A stretch of DNA of 34,587 nt from Candidatus Aegiribacteria sp. Lineage in GTDB: Bacteria > Fermentibacterota > Fermentibacteria > Fermentibacterales > JCC-6. The notes beneath the pieces are model-generated. The model had not been told where the DNA came from and did no database searches. It was given only the letters and a program-made list of their open reading frames with translations. How positions within the stretch are numbered: the first letter of the stretch is position 1; every line of letters starts with the position of its first letter. Made by a program: the position numbers and the translations under genes. Shown here piece by piece: positions 17,182-26,675 of the stretch. The stretch is taken from contig JAWOBF010000065.1 in assembly GCA_046498225.1 (NCBI GenBank), positions 1 to 34,587 on the forward strand, written 5' to 3'.

Positions 17182-18743
17182 CGCAGCACTTTCAGAAGGA
17201 CCGGCAGCGGCCCTGAGGTTCCGGAGCTGTCGGTGAGGACCAGGAGGTTCCCCTCTCGCCGGACATCCGCCCCTTCCCCCGGCCATGCGCGGGACGCTCC
17301 GGAGATTGTCCACTGCCTTTCCAGGGTGACCTCCAGACTGTCGGCCCCCGGCCAGAGGAGGGCGGGCAGGACTTCGACGAGATCGTCCGTACCGGTAACG
17401 GGTTCCCAGAGCCTTCCTTCCGCCGTGAGCGCCATAGCCTCGTCCAGAGCGAAGGGGTCGCCATGGGACAGCGTGTCCGGCACAACGGTCCTTCCGCTGA
17501 GCCAGCACCACTCGGCCAGGCCCAGGGCCACCTCCTCCTCGGTGAGACCCGCGGTTCGCCTTCTCAGGGACATGTCGAACCATCCCGAGCAGTCAAGTTC
17601 CAGCCGGAAGGTTCCCGAGAGAGCGTCCACCCGCCATAACTCCCTGCAGCGGCTGGCGGAAGGGCCGGGAGAAGGCATCGCAGCACGTTCGCCCCCGAGG
17701 ATTACGCTGAGGGTGTCCGCTCCCGGTATCCAGGAAGCAGGACTGAGGTAGGCCGACGGTTCCGCGAACCAGCTGTCCCCCTCCGATGAGGTTATTCGAA
17801 CAAGGTACCTGTTCCAGCCCGATGGAACCGGTATACCGTAGTTTCCCCCGCCAGCGGGAACGATGATCGCCTCCATTCCCAGTTCCCTGCATACAGCGGT
17901 GTACACCGCGGCCATCTCCAGGGGTGTCGCCTTCCTGCTGTCCAGTATCTCCTGAAGCCCCCGGCAGCGGTTCACCCGACTGCCGTTCATGACCCGTTCC
18001 GGTGATATGCTGTTGCACAGCAGAGATCTTGCCCTCATGGACTGGGCGTAGCCGTCTGCGCCAGCGGATGTGGCCTGAAGCGCCGCCTCCCTCAGGTCCG
18101 GAGGAAAGGGTTCCGCCAGGACCGATTCGGCTTCCGAAAGGAGGAACTCCGAGAGACCGCGGCAGTCGGTGAAGGGAGTGACCACCAGCTCTCCGGAGGG
18201 ATCCGCGGCGGTGAAACTGACAGCGCCGCCCCGGGAAGACATCCTGTAACCCTCTCCGCTCCATTCCAGTCCCTCCATCATACCCTCACTGAAGCTGAAA
18301 ACGCAGGAATCCGGAACGATCCCCTTGAGCCGGGGGGACAGAACGGCCCAGGCCCCCCGGGACCAGTTGCCGCTCCAGTCCCTTACGGCGACCCTGTAAT
18401 GGACAGCCATTCCCTCCCTGAGGTTAGGGAAGGCGGTGACCAGTGAACGGCGCCAGCCGCCCCCCCCGGTGAGCGTGTCCACCGACCATGCCGGTACCCG
18501 GTGCATGTCTTCGGCCGTCGTACCCATATCCGCGGTTTCCAGGCGGACCGCCTGTGTGGATGGATCGAACCCCCGGGATATCCTGCTCAGGAGCCTGTCG
18601 CTTCCCTGAACGCCGGTGAACTCCATGACGGTGACCAGGGTATCCCCCTCCATGGACAGGAAGACGGAATAGAGGTCAACCGTGGACCGGGAGGAGACCA
18701 GGGTCGATGCCAGCGCCAGGAGCAGCTGGACAGCGCGTGTCAT
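17178..18743 (-). CDS. DUF3857/transglutaminase-like exported protein, probably catalytically inactive
   Basis: ATG at 18743 (ATGA overlap), signal-like N-terminus, AFPNLREG (DUF3857-type). LQEILDSRKATPLEMA where the paralog has GACRD, WNRYL where it has FDHML, FAEP where it has FLDP. Confidence 0.7.
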   Translation of the reverse strand: MTRAVQLLLALASTLVSSRSTVDLYSVFLSMEGDTLVTVMEFTGVQGSDRLLSRISRGFDPSTQAVRLETADMGTTAEDMHRVPAWSVDTLTGGGGWRRSLVTAFPNLREGMAVHYRVAVRDWSGNWSRGAWAVLSPRLKGIVPDSCVFSFSEGMMEGLEWSGEGYRMSSRGGAVSFTAADPSGELVVTPFTDCRGLSEFLLSEAESVLAEPFPPDLREAALQATSAGADGYAQSMRARSLLCNSISPERVMNGSRVNRCRGLQEILDSRKATPLEMAAVYTAVCRELGMEAIIVPAGGGNYGIPVPSGWNRYLVRITSSEGDSWFAEPSAYLSPASWIPGADTLSVILGGERAAMPSPGPSASRCRELWRVDALSGTFRLELDCSGWFDMSLRRRTAGLTEEEVALGLAEWCWLSGRTVVPDTLSHGDPFALDEAMALTAEGRLWEPVTGTDDLVEVLPALLWPGADSLEVTLERQWTISGASRAWPGEGADVRREGNLLVLTDSSGTSGPLPVLLKVLR

Positions 18744-20503
18744 CGGAAGGTCACGTTCCTGTGAACAGCGGATATGCTGGCCAGGCAGGCGTCCCTGATG
18801 TCTCCGGTTTCCTCCGGGCCGGGATAGGCGGGAACCAGGGAGAGCAGCTCGTCCAGCGCCAGGGTGTCCCCCCGGATGCTTACCTCCAGTCCGTAACCGT
18901 TCATCTCCACGGGTTCGGGCAGAACCGGTTCGCCCGCGGGCAGGCGGCCGACCCTCAGCTCCAGCACCGCCGTGTACGGTGTCTCGACGAAGAGGTGTTC
19001 CCTGAAGCCCGGCATCAGGAAGGCGGAAGCCCTTGAGCCCACAAGGTCTGTGTCGGCCAGACCCGGCAGTACGAGTGTAATGGCACCTTCCCGGGATACG
19101 GACATCAATCTCCATCGTCCCTCTCCTGTGACCCGCAGGGTCGAATGGGGGGACGACGGGTCCCCTTCGATGGTGAGCGTCGAAGGCGGAAGGGCTCCGA
19201 AAAGCCGCTGAAGAAGCAGGTGGACACTGTGGCCGGGAACAGAGGAGAGCATGTACCGGAACAGCTCCTCCGCCGAGCCGGAGAATACCGCGGTCATTTC
19301 GCCTTCCAGGATGCCCGCCCCGGGATCCAGTACACCGGTGATGCGAATACGCAGGGTGTCTCCCTCCCCGCGGTCCGGGAACCTCCTCAGCGGTGAGCCT
19401 TCAGGTGTCAGCGGGAGGTATTCCCTTCCCCTTAGCGAATAGGTGTATCCGTCCGCCGTCATCTGATTGACCGGGTCCAGGAAGATAGTGTCTCCACCAG
19501 CTCCGGCCAGCGCCACGAGCATGTGGTCGAAGCTGCGCGACCCGGGCAGGCTCCCCATATAGCCTGAAAGGGAGGTCAGGACCAGTACCGGATCGTGGCC
19601 CGCCTCATCAAGCAGTCGCGCCAGGAGAAGGGCCTTGTCCCTGCACGCTCCCGCCCTGTCCGCCAGGGTCTCTTCCGGCGACCTTGGAGTATAGCCCGGG
19701 TAATCCCCCCAGTCCGCTCCCAGGTACTCTATCTCCGTGGCCACCCAGTTCCGCAGTTCCATGGGGTCGTCATCCGCCGGGACCGTGACAGGAGTTCCAC
19801 GGTCGATGCAGTCCTCCACCAGGCGGGAATAGAGAACAGCGCTCACCTGCCGGGGAGTGTGGCTGGCCACGGTCACCCGGGGACTCAGACGGGCGGGGTC
19901 CGGGGAGAAGGGAAGGAAGGGAAGCGGCCTGTGCGGGCCGGCCTCCCAGACGAGGAGTTCCCGCGGTCCATCGGATGAGACGGATGTCGCGAACTCCCCA
20001 CTGACGCTCTGGAGCAGTTCGAGGTCGCGGGGCTTTATCACCCGGAATGCGCCCCTGTGAACGGAATCCCTGGAGGCGGCGTAGTACGTGTACGAATAGA
20101 GGTCGCCCAGGGGGAGGTTTCGGATTGTGCGGGTTATCTCGACCCTGATGGTATCCCCCACCTCCAGACCGGGAAAGCTGATGTGGACCTCCCTCAGGGA
20201 ACTCTCCAGCCTGCCTCCCGCCAGCAGGGAGCTGTGCGGCTCCTCCCTGATATCCGCGCTGTCCGCTCCCCTTCCGGAGCGCCAGTGACGCACCGCGGCG
20301 CGGACCTGAAGGGACTCCCAGCCATTTCTGTAGGATGAGGTCATCGTCCCGTAACGCCTTACCCCCCTGGCGGTAAGTGGGACTATCAGTTCGCTGGTGG
20401 TCTCCACGTAGCCTGTGTCGGTCATGGAGAGGTCCACCGTCACGGTGCGCTGCATGAATACAGCGTCCGGGCTGGAGAGAAGCAGAAGAAGCAGCAGAGG
20501 CAA
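18740..20503 (-). CDS. DUF3857 plus transglutaminase-like domain protein (Cys-His-Asp triad intact)
   Basis: Signal peptide, ISFPGLEVGD, WVATEIEY, PEETLADRAGACRDKALLL, FDHML, FLDP. Confidence 0.85.
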   Translation of the reverse strand: MPLLLLLLLSSPDAVFMQRTVTVDLSMTDTGYVETTSELIVPLTARGVRRYGTMTSSYRNGWESLQVRAAVRHWRSGRGADSADIREEPHSSLLAGGRLESSLREVHISFPGLEVGDTIRVEITRTIRNLPLGDLYSYTYYAASRDSVHRGAFRVIKPRDLELLQSVSGEFATSVSSDGPRELLVWEAGPHRPLPFLPFSPDPARLSPRVTVASHTPRQVSAVLYSRLVEDCIDRGTPVTVPADDDPMELRNWVATEIEYLGADWGDYPGYTPRSPEETLADRAGACRDKALLLARLLDEAGHDPVLVLTSLSGYMGSLPGSRSFDHMLVALAGAGGDTIFLDPVNQMTADGYTYSLRGREYLPLTPEGSPLRRFPDRGEGDTLRIRITGVLDPGAGILEGEMTAVFSGSAEELFRYMLSSVPGHSVHLLLQRLFGALPPSTLTIEGDPSSPHSTLRVTGEGRWRLMSVSREGAITLVLPGLADTDLVGSRASAFLMPGFREHLFVETPYTAVLELRVGRLPAGEPVLPEPVEMNGYGLEVSIRGDTLALDELLSLVPAYPGPEETGDIRDACLASISAVHRNVTFR

Positions 20504-20505
20504 GG

Positions 20506-21258
20506 TCAGGAACTCCCGTCGAAAGGCTCCATGTCCGGAGGAACGATGCTCGATGTCCTGTTGGAATCCAGAAGAGTCAGGCTGACCATGGAGTTCTCCA
20601 GGGCGTCAACATCGGTGTCCAGGGGATCGACAACCGGAAGCGACCGGTACCGGTCGTAGGCGAACACCCTGCCCGGCTCCAGCTGCCTGAAGGTGATGTC
20701 CGTGGAGAAACGGGCCATCCTGGTCCACTTGATGCCCTTTATTCCCTCCGGGTCAACATCCGGCACGTTCACGTTCAGGACCGTTCCCCGAGGTATCATC
20801 TTCGCCGGGTCGCCTCGAAGAAGGTGATCCAGGACCACGCAGGCGGTATCGAACCTGGGTTTCCTGTGGGGAGATGTGACCTCCACGCTGACAGCTATCG
20901 ACCTCACGTCCCAGAGGGCGGCTTCCGTGGCCGCGGCTACGGTGCCGGAGTAGAAGATATTGTTGGCCATGTTGGCGCCCGGATTGATACCCGATATGAG
21001 GAGGTCGGGAGGACTGTCCCTCATTATCTCCATCAGGGCTATCTTCACGCAGTCGGTGGGTGTTCCCTCCAGGGCCCATCTGCGCTCTCCGGTCTTTCTG
21101 AGCTCCATCGAGGCGTACAGTCCCAGTGAATGGCTGGTTCCGCTGCAGTGGTGAAGGGGAGCCACCACCCAGGTCTCATTATCCTCCTCCACCAGTTCCA
21201 CCAGCCGGAGAAGTCCCGGCTGGTCGTACCCGTCATCGTTGGTGAGGAGTATCCGCAT
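20506..21258 (-). CDS. surE: 5'/3'-nucleotidase SurE
   Basis: MRILLTNDDG, GTPTDCV, SGINPGAN, YSGTVAAA, LNVNVP. Confidence 0.97.
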   Translation of the reverse strand: MRILLTNDDGYDQPGLLRLVELVEEDNETWVVAPLHHCSGTSHSLGLYASMELRKTGERRWALEGTPTDCVKIALMEIMRDSPPDLLISGINPGANMANNIFYSGTVAAATEAALWDVRSIAVSVEVTSPHRKPRFDTACVVLDHLLRGDPAKMIPRGTVLNVNVPDVDPEGIKGIKWTRMARFSTDITFRQLEPGRVFAYDRYRSLPVVDPLDTDVDALENSMVSLTLLDSNRTSSIVPPDMEPFDGSS

Positions 21259-21263
21259 TTTTT

Positions 21264-22163
21264 CTACAGGGACCTGTGCAGCGTGAAACGGTGGACCGTG
21301 CCCAGCGCGAAGGAGGTGGGAACGAAGGCGTAGTCAAGCGACCAGCCTCCCGCCCTGAGACCCGTTCCGCAGGTAAGTTTCCTGGAATCATCGCTGAACC
21401 GCATTCCCAGGCGGAGGTCGATCCACCTCTGGGGCTGGTACTCCAGTCCGCATCCGGCGGTGGGCCTGTTGTCCAGGGGTTTGCCCGTTTCGATGGATAT
21501 GGAGGTTCTGCCGGGGAGGATTCCGGTGGTGTACCTGCCTCCCAGCCTCCAGGTAGCCGGCAGCCTGAACGCGTCGTCCACCATGGTCACCGAAGGTCCC
21601 GCGTGCTGCACCGCGGCGGCCAGCTCCAGAGCGTCCGTGGGATGTATCACCACACCGGCGTCCGCGGCGAAACCTGTGGCGCTCTCGGTCCATATCTTCT
21701 CCCGAATTACCTTGAGGCCCAGACCCAGGTCGAACATGCCCAGCCTGATACCAGCCGCGGCATGCAGGGAGATGTCCCAGGCCGAAAACGTGGTAACCGG
21801 CTGTGAGGTGGCCCCCTCCCTCATTTCTATTCCGCCCACGTAGACCGACCGTGTTCCCAGGCCGCAACCCGCACCGCCCAGGCTGAAGTTCCAGGAGATG
21901 AAATTCTGAGTGGCGTCCCCCAGCCAGCGGTTGTGGCCGGCGGAGACGCTGGAGGATCCCATGGACGCCATCAGCGCCGGGTTGGTGAACAGGGCCAGCT
22001 CCCCGCTGTTGAGCAGGCCGGTACCCCCGAGGGCCGCCGCCCTCGCGCCGGGGTCTATCTTCAGGAAGCTGAAAGCCCCGGCACCGGCGTCCCGGTAGAC
22101 TTCCTCAGCCTTTCCGGGCAGGGCTGTCATGACGAGTATGACCGCCAGAAGTATCTTTTTCAT
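21264..22163 (-). CDS. PorV/PorQ (UPF0164) family outer-membrane beta-barrel protein
   Basis: Signal peptide MKKILLAVIL (ATG 22163), FLKIDPGARAAALG, LFTNPA, alternating beta strands, DYAFVP...LGTVHRFTL C-terminus. Confidence 0.85.
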   Translation of the reverse strand: MKKILLAVILVMTALPGKAEEVYRDAGAGAFSFLKIDPGARAAALGGTGLLNSGELALFTNPALMASMGSSSVSAGHNRWLGDATQNFISWNFSLGGAGCGLGTRSVYVGGIEMREGATSQPVTTFSAWDISLHAAAGIRLGMFDLGLGLKVIREKIWTESATGFAADAGVVIHPTDALELAAAVQHAGPSVTMVDDAFRLPATWRLGGRYTTGILPGRTSISIETGKPLDNRPTAGCGLEYQPQRWIDLRLGMRFSDDSRKLTCGTGLRAGGWSLDYAFVPTSFALGTVHRFTLHRSL

Positions 22164-22194
22164 AAGCCACCGTTCCGGTTCTGCCGTTGTTTGT

Positions 22195-22223
22195 ATTATC
22201 ATTATTCAGTTTCTACCGCGCAA
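22195..22223 (-). promoter_or_regulatory. Putative sigma70 promoter of the PorV-like to uvrC operon
   Basis: Minus strand reads TTGCGC, 17 nt, GATAAT, about 30 nt upstream of ATG 22163. Confidence 0.4.
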
Positions 22224-22276
22224 ATTGACAATAGTTCCAGGCCGGGATCCAACGCGAATGATGATGGAGGCGCTGT

Positions 22277-23083
22277 TTGAAGTCGGTACACATGGCCACG
22301 GGAAAGCATGACGGTTTCTGGAACATGGCTTTCGACAGGCTGCTGATGGAACAGGTCAGCCTGGGAAGGTGGAGTTTTGTTCTCAGGACCTACGGATGGG
22401 ACCCCGCCTGCGTATCCATAGGAAAACTCCAGAAGCCTTCGCGGGAGATAGACATTCAGAAACTCCTCTCCCACGGCTACGGCCTGGTACGGAGACCAAC
22501 CGGCGGAAGGGCTGTATGGCATGAGTCGGAGCTTACCTACAGCATAGTGGCGCCCCGGGACCATCCGGCGGTTTCAGGTCCCATCACCGAAGCTCTGAGA
22601 AAGACATCCGCGCCTATGCTGTCCGCCATCAGGTCCCTGGGCATACCGGCGGAGGCGAACCCTTCCGAGAGACATAACGCCGGAGGCCCCAGAATGGAGG
22701 CCAATCCCTGCTTCACCTCACACGGGAGATGGGAGATAGGATCTTCCGACGGACGCAAGATGGTGGGCAGCGCCCAGGCCAGAAGCCGGGGAGTATTCCT
22801 CGAGCACGGCTCCATACTCTTCGGCAACGACCAGCCGAAGATGCTGGAATACATGCCGGAAACCGTATCTCCCAGATTGAAGGATATGCTTCGCAGACAT
22901 CTCTCCACGGGAATAGCCTTTCTGCGTGAATTCAGCCCCGGCCTTACCATGGAGGAGATGGAAGCGGCGCTGCGGAAGGCCTTCTCGGAAGCGCTGGGGG
23001 AGGAACTGGAGGCTTATCCGTACCGGGAGCTTCGTGGAAGCCGTCTGAGGGAACTGGAGATGGAGTGCAGGGATGACCTTTAA
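22277..23083 (+). CDS. Lipoate-protein ligase family protein (LipM-like octanoyltransferase)
   Basis: NMAFD, LRTYGW, SIG, RRPTGGRAVWH, PCF, GRKMVGSAQ, EHGS. Single catalytic domain with no LplA C-terminal domain. GGAGG SD before the TTG start. Confidence 0.88.
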   Translation: MKSVHMATGKHDGFWNMAFDRLLMEQVSLGRWSFVLRTYGWDPACVSIGKLQKPSREIDIQKLLSHGYGLVRRPTGGRAVWHESELTYSIVAPRDHPAVSGPITEALRKTSAPMLSAIRSLGIPAEANPSERHNAGGPRMEANPCFTSHGRWEIGSSDGRKMVGSAQARSRGVFLEHGSILFGNDQPKMLEYMPETVSPRLKDMLRRHLSTGIAFLREFSPGLTMEEMEAALRKAFSEALGEELEAYPYRELRGSRLRELEMECRDDL

Positions 23084-23963
23084 GAGGAAGCCGGAATGGC
23101 TCAGGATGCCGGAGAGAGGCTCCGGGGAGGCAGCCGTGGTAAGGTCGGTGCTTCGCAGGTACAGCCTGGACACCGTGTGCAGGCAGGCGAAGTGCCCCAA
23201 CCTGGACCACTGTTTTCAGAGGGGCACCGCCACCTTCCTTATACTGGGAAGCGAATGCACCAGGTCCTGCCGCTACTGCGCAATAGACCACGCCGACTCC
23301 GCCCCGGCCCCTCCGGACCCCGATGAACCGCGCAGGGTGGCGGAAGCGTCCGCCGAGATGGGTCTTCGATACGTGGTGGTTACCTCCGTTACCAGGGACG
23401 ACCTGGATGACGGAGGCGCCAGCCACTTCGCCCGCACGGTGAGAGCCCTGAGGAAATCCATAGCCGGAGTGGTCATCGAGGTGCTCACCCCGGATTTCAG
23501 TGGAAGCGTGACAGCCCTTGAGACGGTCGCCCGTTCCTGCCCGGACGTTTTCAACCACAACCTGGAAACGGTGGACAGGCTGTTCCCCGAGGTTCGGCCG
23601 GAGGCCTCCTGCGAAATGTCCCTGAAGGTGCTTTCGGACTACGGACGTCTCTCACCGGAAACTCCGCTCAAAAGCGGACTGATGCTGGGGCTGGGAGAGA
23701 CAGGGGACGAGATAGAAAGGGCCCTGGCCCACCTCAGGGAGAGGGGAGTCACCATGCTCACCCTGGGCCAGTACCTTCAACCCTCCAGGCGCCACTGGCC
23801 CGTGGACAGGTTCCTGACACCGGAGGAGTTCGCCCGCTGGGGAGAGGTGGCAAGGTCCATGGGCTTCATCTCCGTGGCCTCCGGCCCTCTGGTCCGGAGT
23901 TCATTCCATGCTGACGTGAACTACGCCGGTCAGTCCTTTCCCTCCGGGTCTTCCAGCCTGTAG
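23073..23963 (+). CDS. lipA: Lipoyl synthase
   Basis: RKPEWL, CX4CX5C (CRQAKCPNLDHC), CX3CX2C (CTRSCRYC), FNHNLETV, GQYLQPS, GPLVRSSF. Confidence 0.97.
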   Translation: MTFKRKPEWLRMPERGSGEAAVVRSVLRRYSLDTVCRQAKCPNLDHCFQRGTATFLILGSECTRSCRYCAIDHADSAPAPPDPDEPRRVAEASAEMGLRYVVVTSVTRDDLDDGGASHFARTVRALRKSIAGVVIEVLTPDFSGSVTALETVARSCPDVFNHNLETVDRLFPEVRPEASCEMSLKVLSDYGRLSPETPLKSGLMLGLGETGDEIERALAHLRERGVTMLTLGQYLQPSRRHWPVDRFLTPEEFARWGEVARSMGFISVASGPLVRSSFHADVNYAGQSFPSGSSSL

Positions 23964-24487
23964 CTCCTTATGGAATGGATCGATTCCCGGTCGAATGTAA
24001 GAAGACCGATTTCACTGACCCAGCCTTTTATCGGCAGTTCGATCAGCTCCATGCAGGTGAGCAGCGCCTCGCCGGTGTCTTCGGGGGAAAGCCCCAGGGT
24101 AAGGGAACAGTGGGGCACCCACGATCCCGGGCGGTAGAGTCCTTCGGAAAAGTCCTTCACCTCGCTGAATATCCTGTAGAGCTGCTCGTGCACTATCAGC
24201 AGAGAAGGAGTGAAAACAGGTCCCAGGAACACGGTGCCGCTTCCCGGGCCGAAAGTGGCCACCGAGGAGAAGGTCAGCGGAAAGACCCTGTGGGTCTTGG
24301 CGAAATCCTTCAGGTCGTCAAGCACAAGGTCCGGGTCCAGGTTCTCCCATATGGCGAGTGTGAGGTGAGGTTTACCTCCCGACCGCAGCAGAGGTGAGGA
24401 AAAACCCCTGGTCCTGAGGACGCTCCATGCCCTCCTTATGACGCTCTCGGTCTCGCCGTCCAGAAAAAGACAGATATCACAGGCCAT
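23930..24487 (-). CDS. 2H phosphoesterase (2'-5' RNA ligase family) protein
   Basis: Likely start ATG 24487 (MACDICLFLD). Two HxT/S motifs: PHLTL and WVPHCSL. 3' end overlaps lipA by 34 nt. Confidence 0.85.
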   Translation of the reverse strand: MACDICLFLDGETESVIRRAWSVLRTRGFSSPLLRSGGKPHLTLAIWENLDPDLVLDDLKDFAKTHRVFPLTFSSVATFGPGSGTVFLGPVFTPSLLIVHEQLYRIFSEVKDFSEGLYRPGSWVPHCSLTLGLSPEDTGEALLTCMELIELPIKGWVSEIGLLTFDRESIHSIRSYRLEDPEGKD

Positions 24488-24545
24488 CGGGTTCTCCCGT
24501 TCTTTCGCTGTCCGCAGAAAATTGGTTTCCGGTCCAATACCGAAT

Positions 24546-25532
24546 ATGTTTGCCCACATGGATGACGTCAGCTTCAGGGAATATACGCATGGAATATCCC
24601 TCGCCCCCATGGCGGGGGTCACCGATTCCGCTTTCCGCAGGATATGCCGCCGCATGGGCGCCACGGCGGTGGTCACGGAAATGGTGGCCGCAGCGGGAAT
24701 ATCCAGAAGGTCGATAAAGAGCCACAAGCTGCTGGGCTTCCATCGGGAGGAGAAACCGATCGGAGTGCAGCTGTTCGGCAGAAGGCCCGAGGATTTCGCC
24801 AGGGCCTCGGAAATGGTATCCGGCCTGGGATTCGATTTCGTGGATATCAACGCGGGTTGTCCGGTCAGGAAGGTGGCAGGCAACGGTTCCGGCTCCGCCC
24901 TTCTGCGGGACATTCCCGCCCTGGCTGCCATAGTCAGAGCCGTGTCAGACGGAACGCGTCTGCCTGTATCCGTCAAGATCAGGGCGGGATGGTCCCCGGA
25001 AGAGCCTGTTCCCGACAGCCTTCCCTCCATTCTGGCGGATGAGGGAGCGGCTGCCCTGGCCGTCCACGGAAGGTACAGATCGGACATGTTCAGCGGCGCC
25101 GTGAGGACCGGCGACATAGCCAGGATGGTGGAAAATTCACCCATTCCGGTGATAGCAAACGGGGATGTGAGGTCGGTGGGGGACGCCCGGCGCCTGATGG
25201 ACGCAACCGGCGCTTCGGGCCTGATGGTGGGAAGAGGGGCCATGGGCAACCCCTGGATATTCAGGAGCCTGGCCCTGGGACGGGAATACTCACCCCGGCC
25301 CGATGAGGTGTCCGCCGTCATAAGGGAGCAGTGCGGCATGATGGAGGAATACATACCGCCCGAGCATGTCTTCCATATCCTCAGGGGACATCTTCTTCAG
25401 TACATAAGGGATTTCAGGGGCGCCTCGATGCTCAGACGAAAGGCGACGGGGGTGGATTGCAGGGAGGATCTTGAGAATATTCTCGAGGAGCTGGAGGAGC
25501 ATATGAGAAGTGAGATGAGGGATCGCACATGA
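24546..25532 (+). CDS. dusB: tRNA-dihydrouridine synthase (DusB type)
   Basis: LAPMAGVTD, VQLFG, DINAGCPV, VKIR, VHGR, IANGD, GRGAMGNPWIF. Start 24546 or 24558. Confidence 0.93.
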   Translation: MFAHMDDVSFREYTHGISLAPMAGVTDSAFRRICRRMGATAVVTEMVAAAGISRRSIKSHKLLGFHREEKPIGVQLFGRRPEDFARASEMVSGLGFDFVDINAGCPVRKVAGNGSGSALLRDIPALAAIVRAVSDGTRLPVSVKIRAGWSPEEPVPDSLPSILADEGAAALAVHGRYRSDMFSGAVRTGDIARMVENSPIPVIANGDVRSVGDARRLMDATGASGLMVGRGAMGNPWIFRSLALGREYSPRPDEVSAVIREQCGMMEEYIPPEHVFHILRGHLLQYIRDFRGASMLRRKATGVDCREDLENILEELEEHMRSEMRDRT

Positions 25533-26293
25533 CCGGCTGCAGGAATGCCCTTTACATCATCTTCGCCCTTGCCTTCTTCATGTCCTGCGGGCCGGAGGAG
25601 GCCCTGGTGCTGGACGGGGAGACTGTGACAACGGTATCCGACAGGTGCCCGTACATCTGGAGGGAAGGTGACGGGTGGGCTTTCCTGGCATGGGCACTGG
25701 ACCTCGAAGGCGGCGCCGAGACCCTGGCCATCCGGTCGGGATACTCCCCCTCCGTGAGACCGCAGCCCGGTGACACCGTAAGCCTGCCCCTTTCGGAAGA
25801 GCTCTCCGATGCGCTTCACCACCGTCTGGCAGCCGCCAGGCTGGTCCGCGAAGCCACTGAGGTCCTTCAGGAGCGTGATACTCTTGCCGTGCGGGATATC
25901 CTTCAGCGGGCCATACAGCGGGATACCTCCTGGTCCATTCCCGTCTACGACCTCTCTCTCATCGTGCTGAGGCAGGAAGGACCGGAAGAGGTGATACAGA
26001 TGCTGCGGCCCATCGCCCACAAGTACGACGCCGCTCTGCTTCAGTCGGAGATAGCCTGGAACAGGGGCGACACGGATACAGCCCTTCGACAGCTGGAGAT
26101 ATGTCTCATGGACGATTCCCCGCCATTCGAGGCCCTGGCCGCCGCGGCCCTTATCTATACGGTTACCGGCAATTACTACCAGGCTTCCAGCATATGGAGG
26201 GAGATACTGGCCAGCCCGGAGGCCGATTCCGCCATCAGGCTCATGGCGCTGGAATACGCCATGCTGCAGGAGGAGCGCGGCGGGAACAGGTGA
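25529..26293 (+). CDS. Putative lipoprotein with degenerate LysM-like segment and TPR-like helices
   Basis: Lipobox FFMSC, ATGA overlap with dusB, YIWREGDGW...PQPGDTVSLP, helical TPR-like C-terminal half. Confidence 0.65.
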   Translation: MTGCRNALYIIFALAFFMSCGPEEALVLDGETVTTVSDRCPYIWREGDGWAFLAWALDLEGGAETLAIRSGYSPSVRPQPGDTVSLPLSEELSDALHHRLAAARLVREATEVLQERDTLAVRDILQRAIQRDTSWSIPVYDLSLIVLRQEGPEEVIQMLRPIAHKYDAALLQSEIAWNRGDTDTALRQLEICLMDDSPPFEALAAAALIYTVTGNYYQASSIWREILASPEADSAIRLMALEYAMLQEERGGNR

Positions 26294-26315
26294 ACCCGTG
26301 GCCCGGACCTGAACA

Positions 26316-26675
26316 TCAGATGTCGATGAATCCCCGTTCGGTGCCCTGGAAGATGTGCTCCTCCCCCTCCGTGCTGACTATCCTCAGGTCCGGAATGGAA
26401 TCGTCGTTGCAGTCATCTATCTCGTAATGGTCAGGCAGCCAGTTCACGCCGTAGACCCCTTCCTTTATCGGGCTCCCGGGTTCCTGCAGCCTGATCACCA
26501 TCTCCATCATCCGGCTGGATTCCATCACCACCACTTCCGCCAGGATCCCGTCCGACTCCCTCCTTTCATCGTAAACCACCCTGGTAACCGCGCAGGATGA
26601 GATAAGAACCGATGCGATCAGCGCCGCAGCGGCAACCACGCGTTGCGTTTGATGTTTCGAAGCGTTCATGTTCAT
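26316..26675 (-). CDS. Small hypothetical lipoprotein
   Basis: Signal peptide with LISSC lipobox, ATGA overlap with the methyltransferase, DCNDDSIPD loop. Confidence 0.65.
   Translation of the reverse strand: MNMNASKHQTQRVVAAAALIASVLISSCAVTRVVYDERRESDGILAEVVVMESSRMMEMVIRLQEPGSPIKEGVYGVNWLPDHYEIDDCNDDSIPDLRIVSTEGEEHIFQGTERGFIDI

Noticed and set aside
22192..22207. AATAATGATAAT resembling a Fur box
   Set aside because: Only a partial match, and adequately explained as the -10 region of the minus-strand promoter.
24488..25354. Apparent 474-aa ORF 23930..25354
   Set aside because: The N-terminal 289 codons are antisense to dusB. Only 23930..24487 has 2H motifs.
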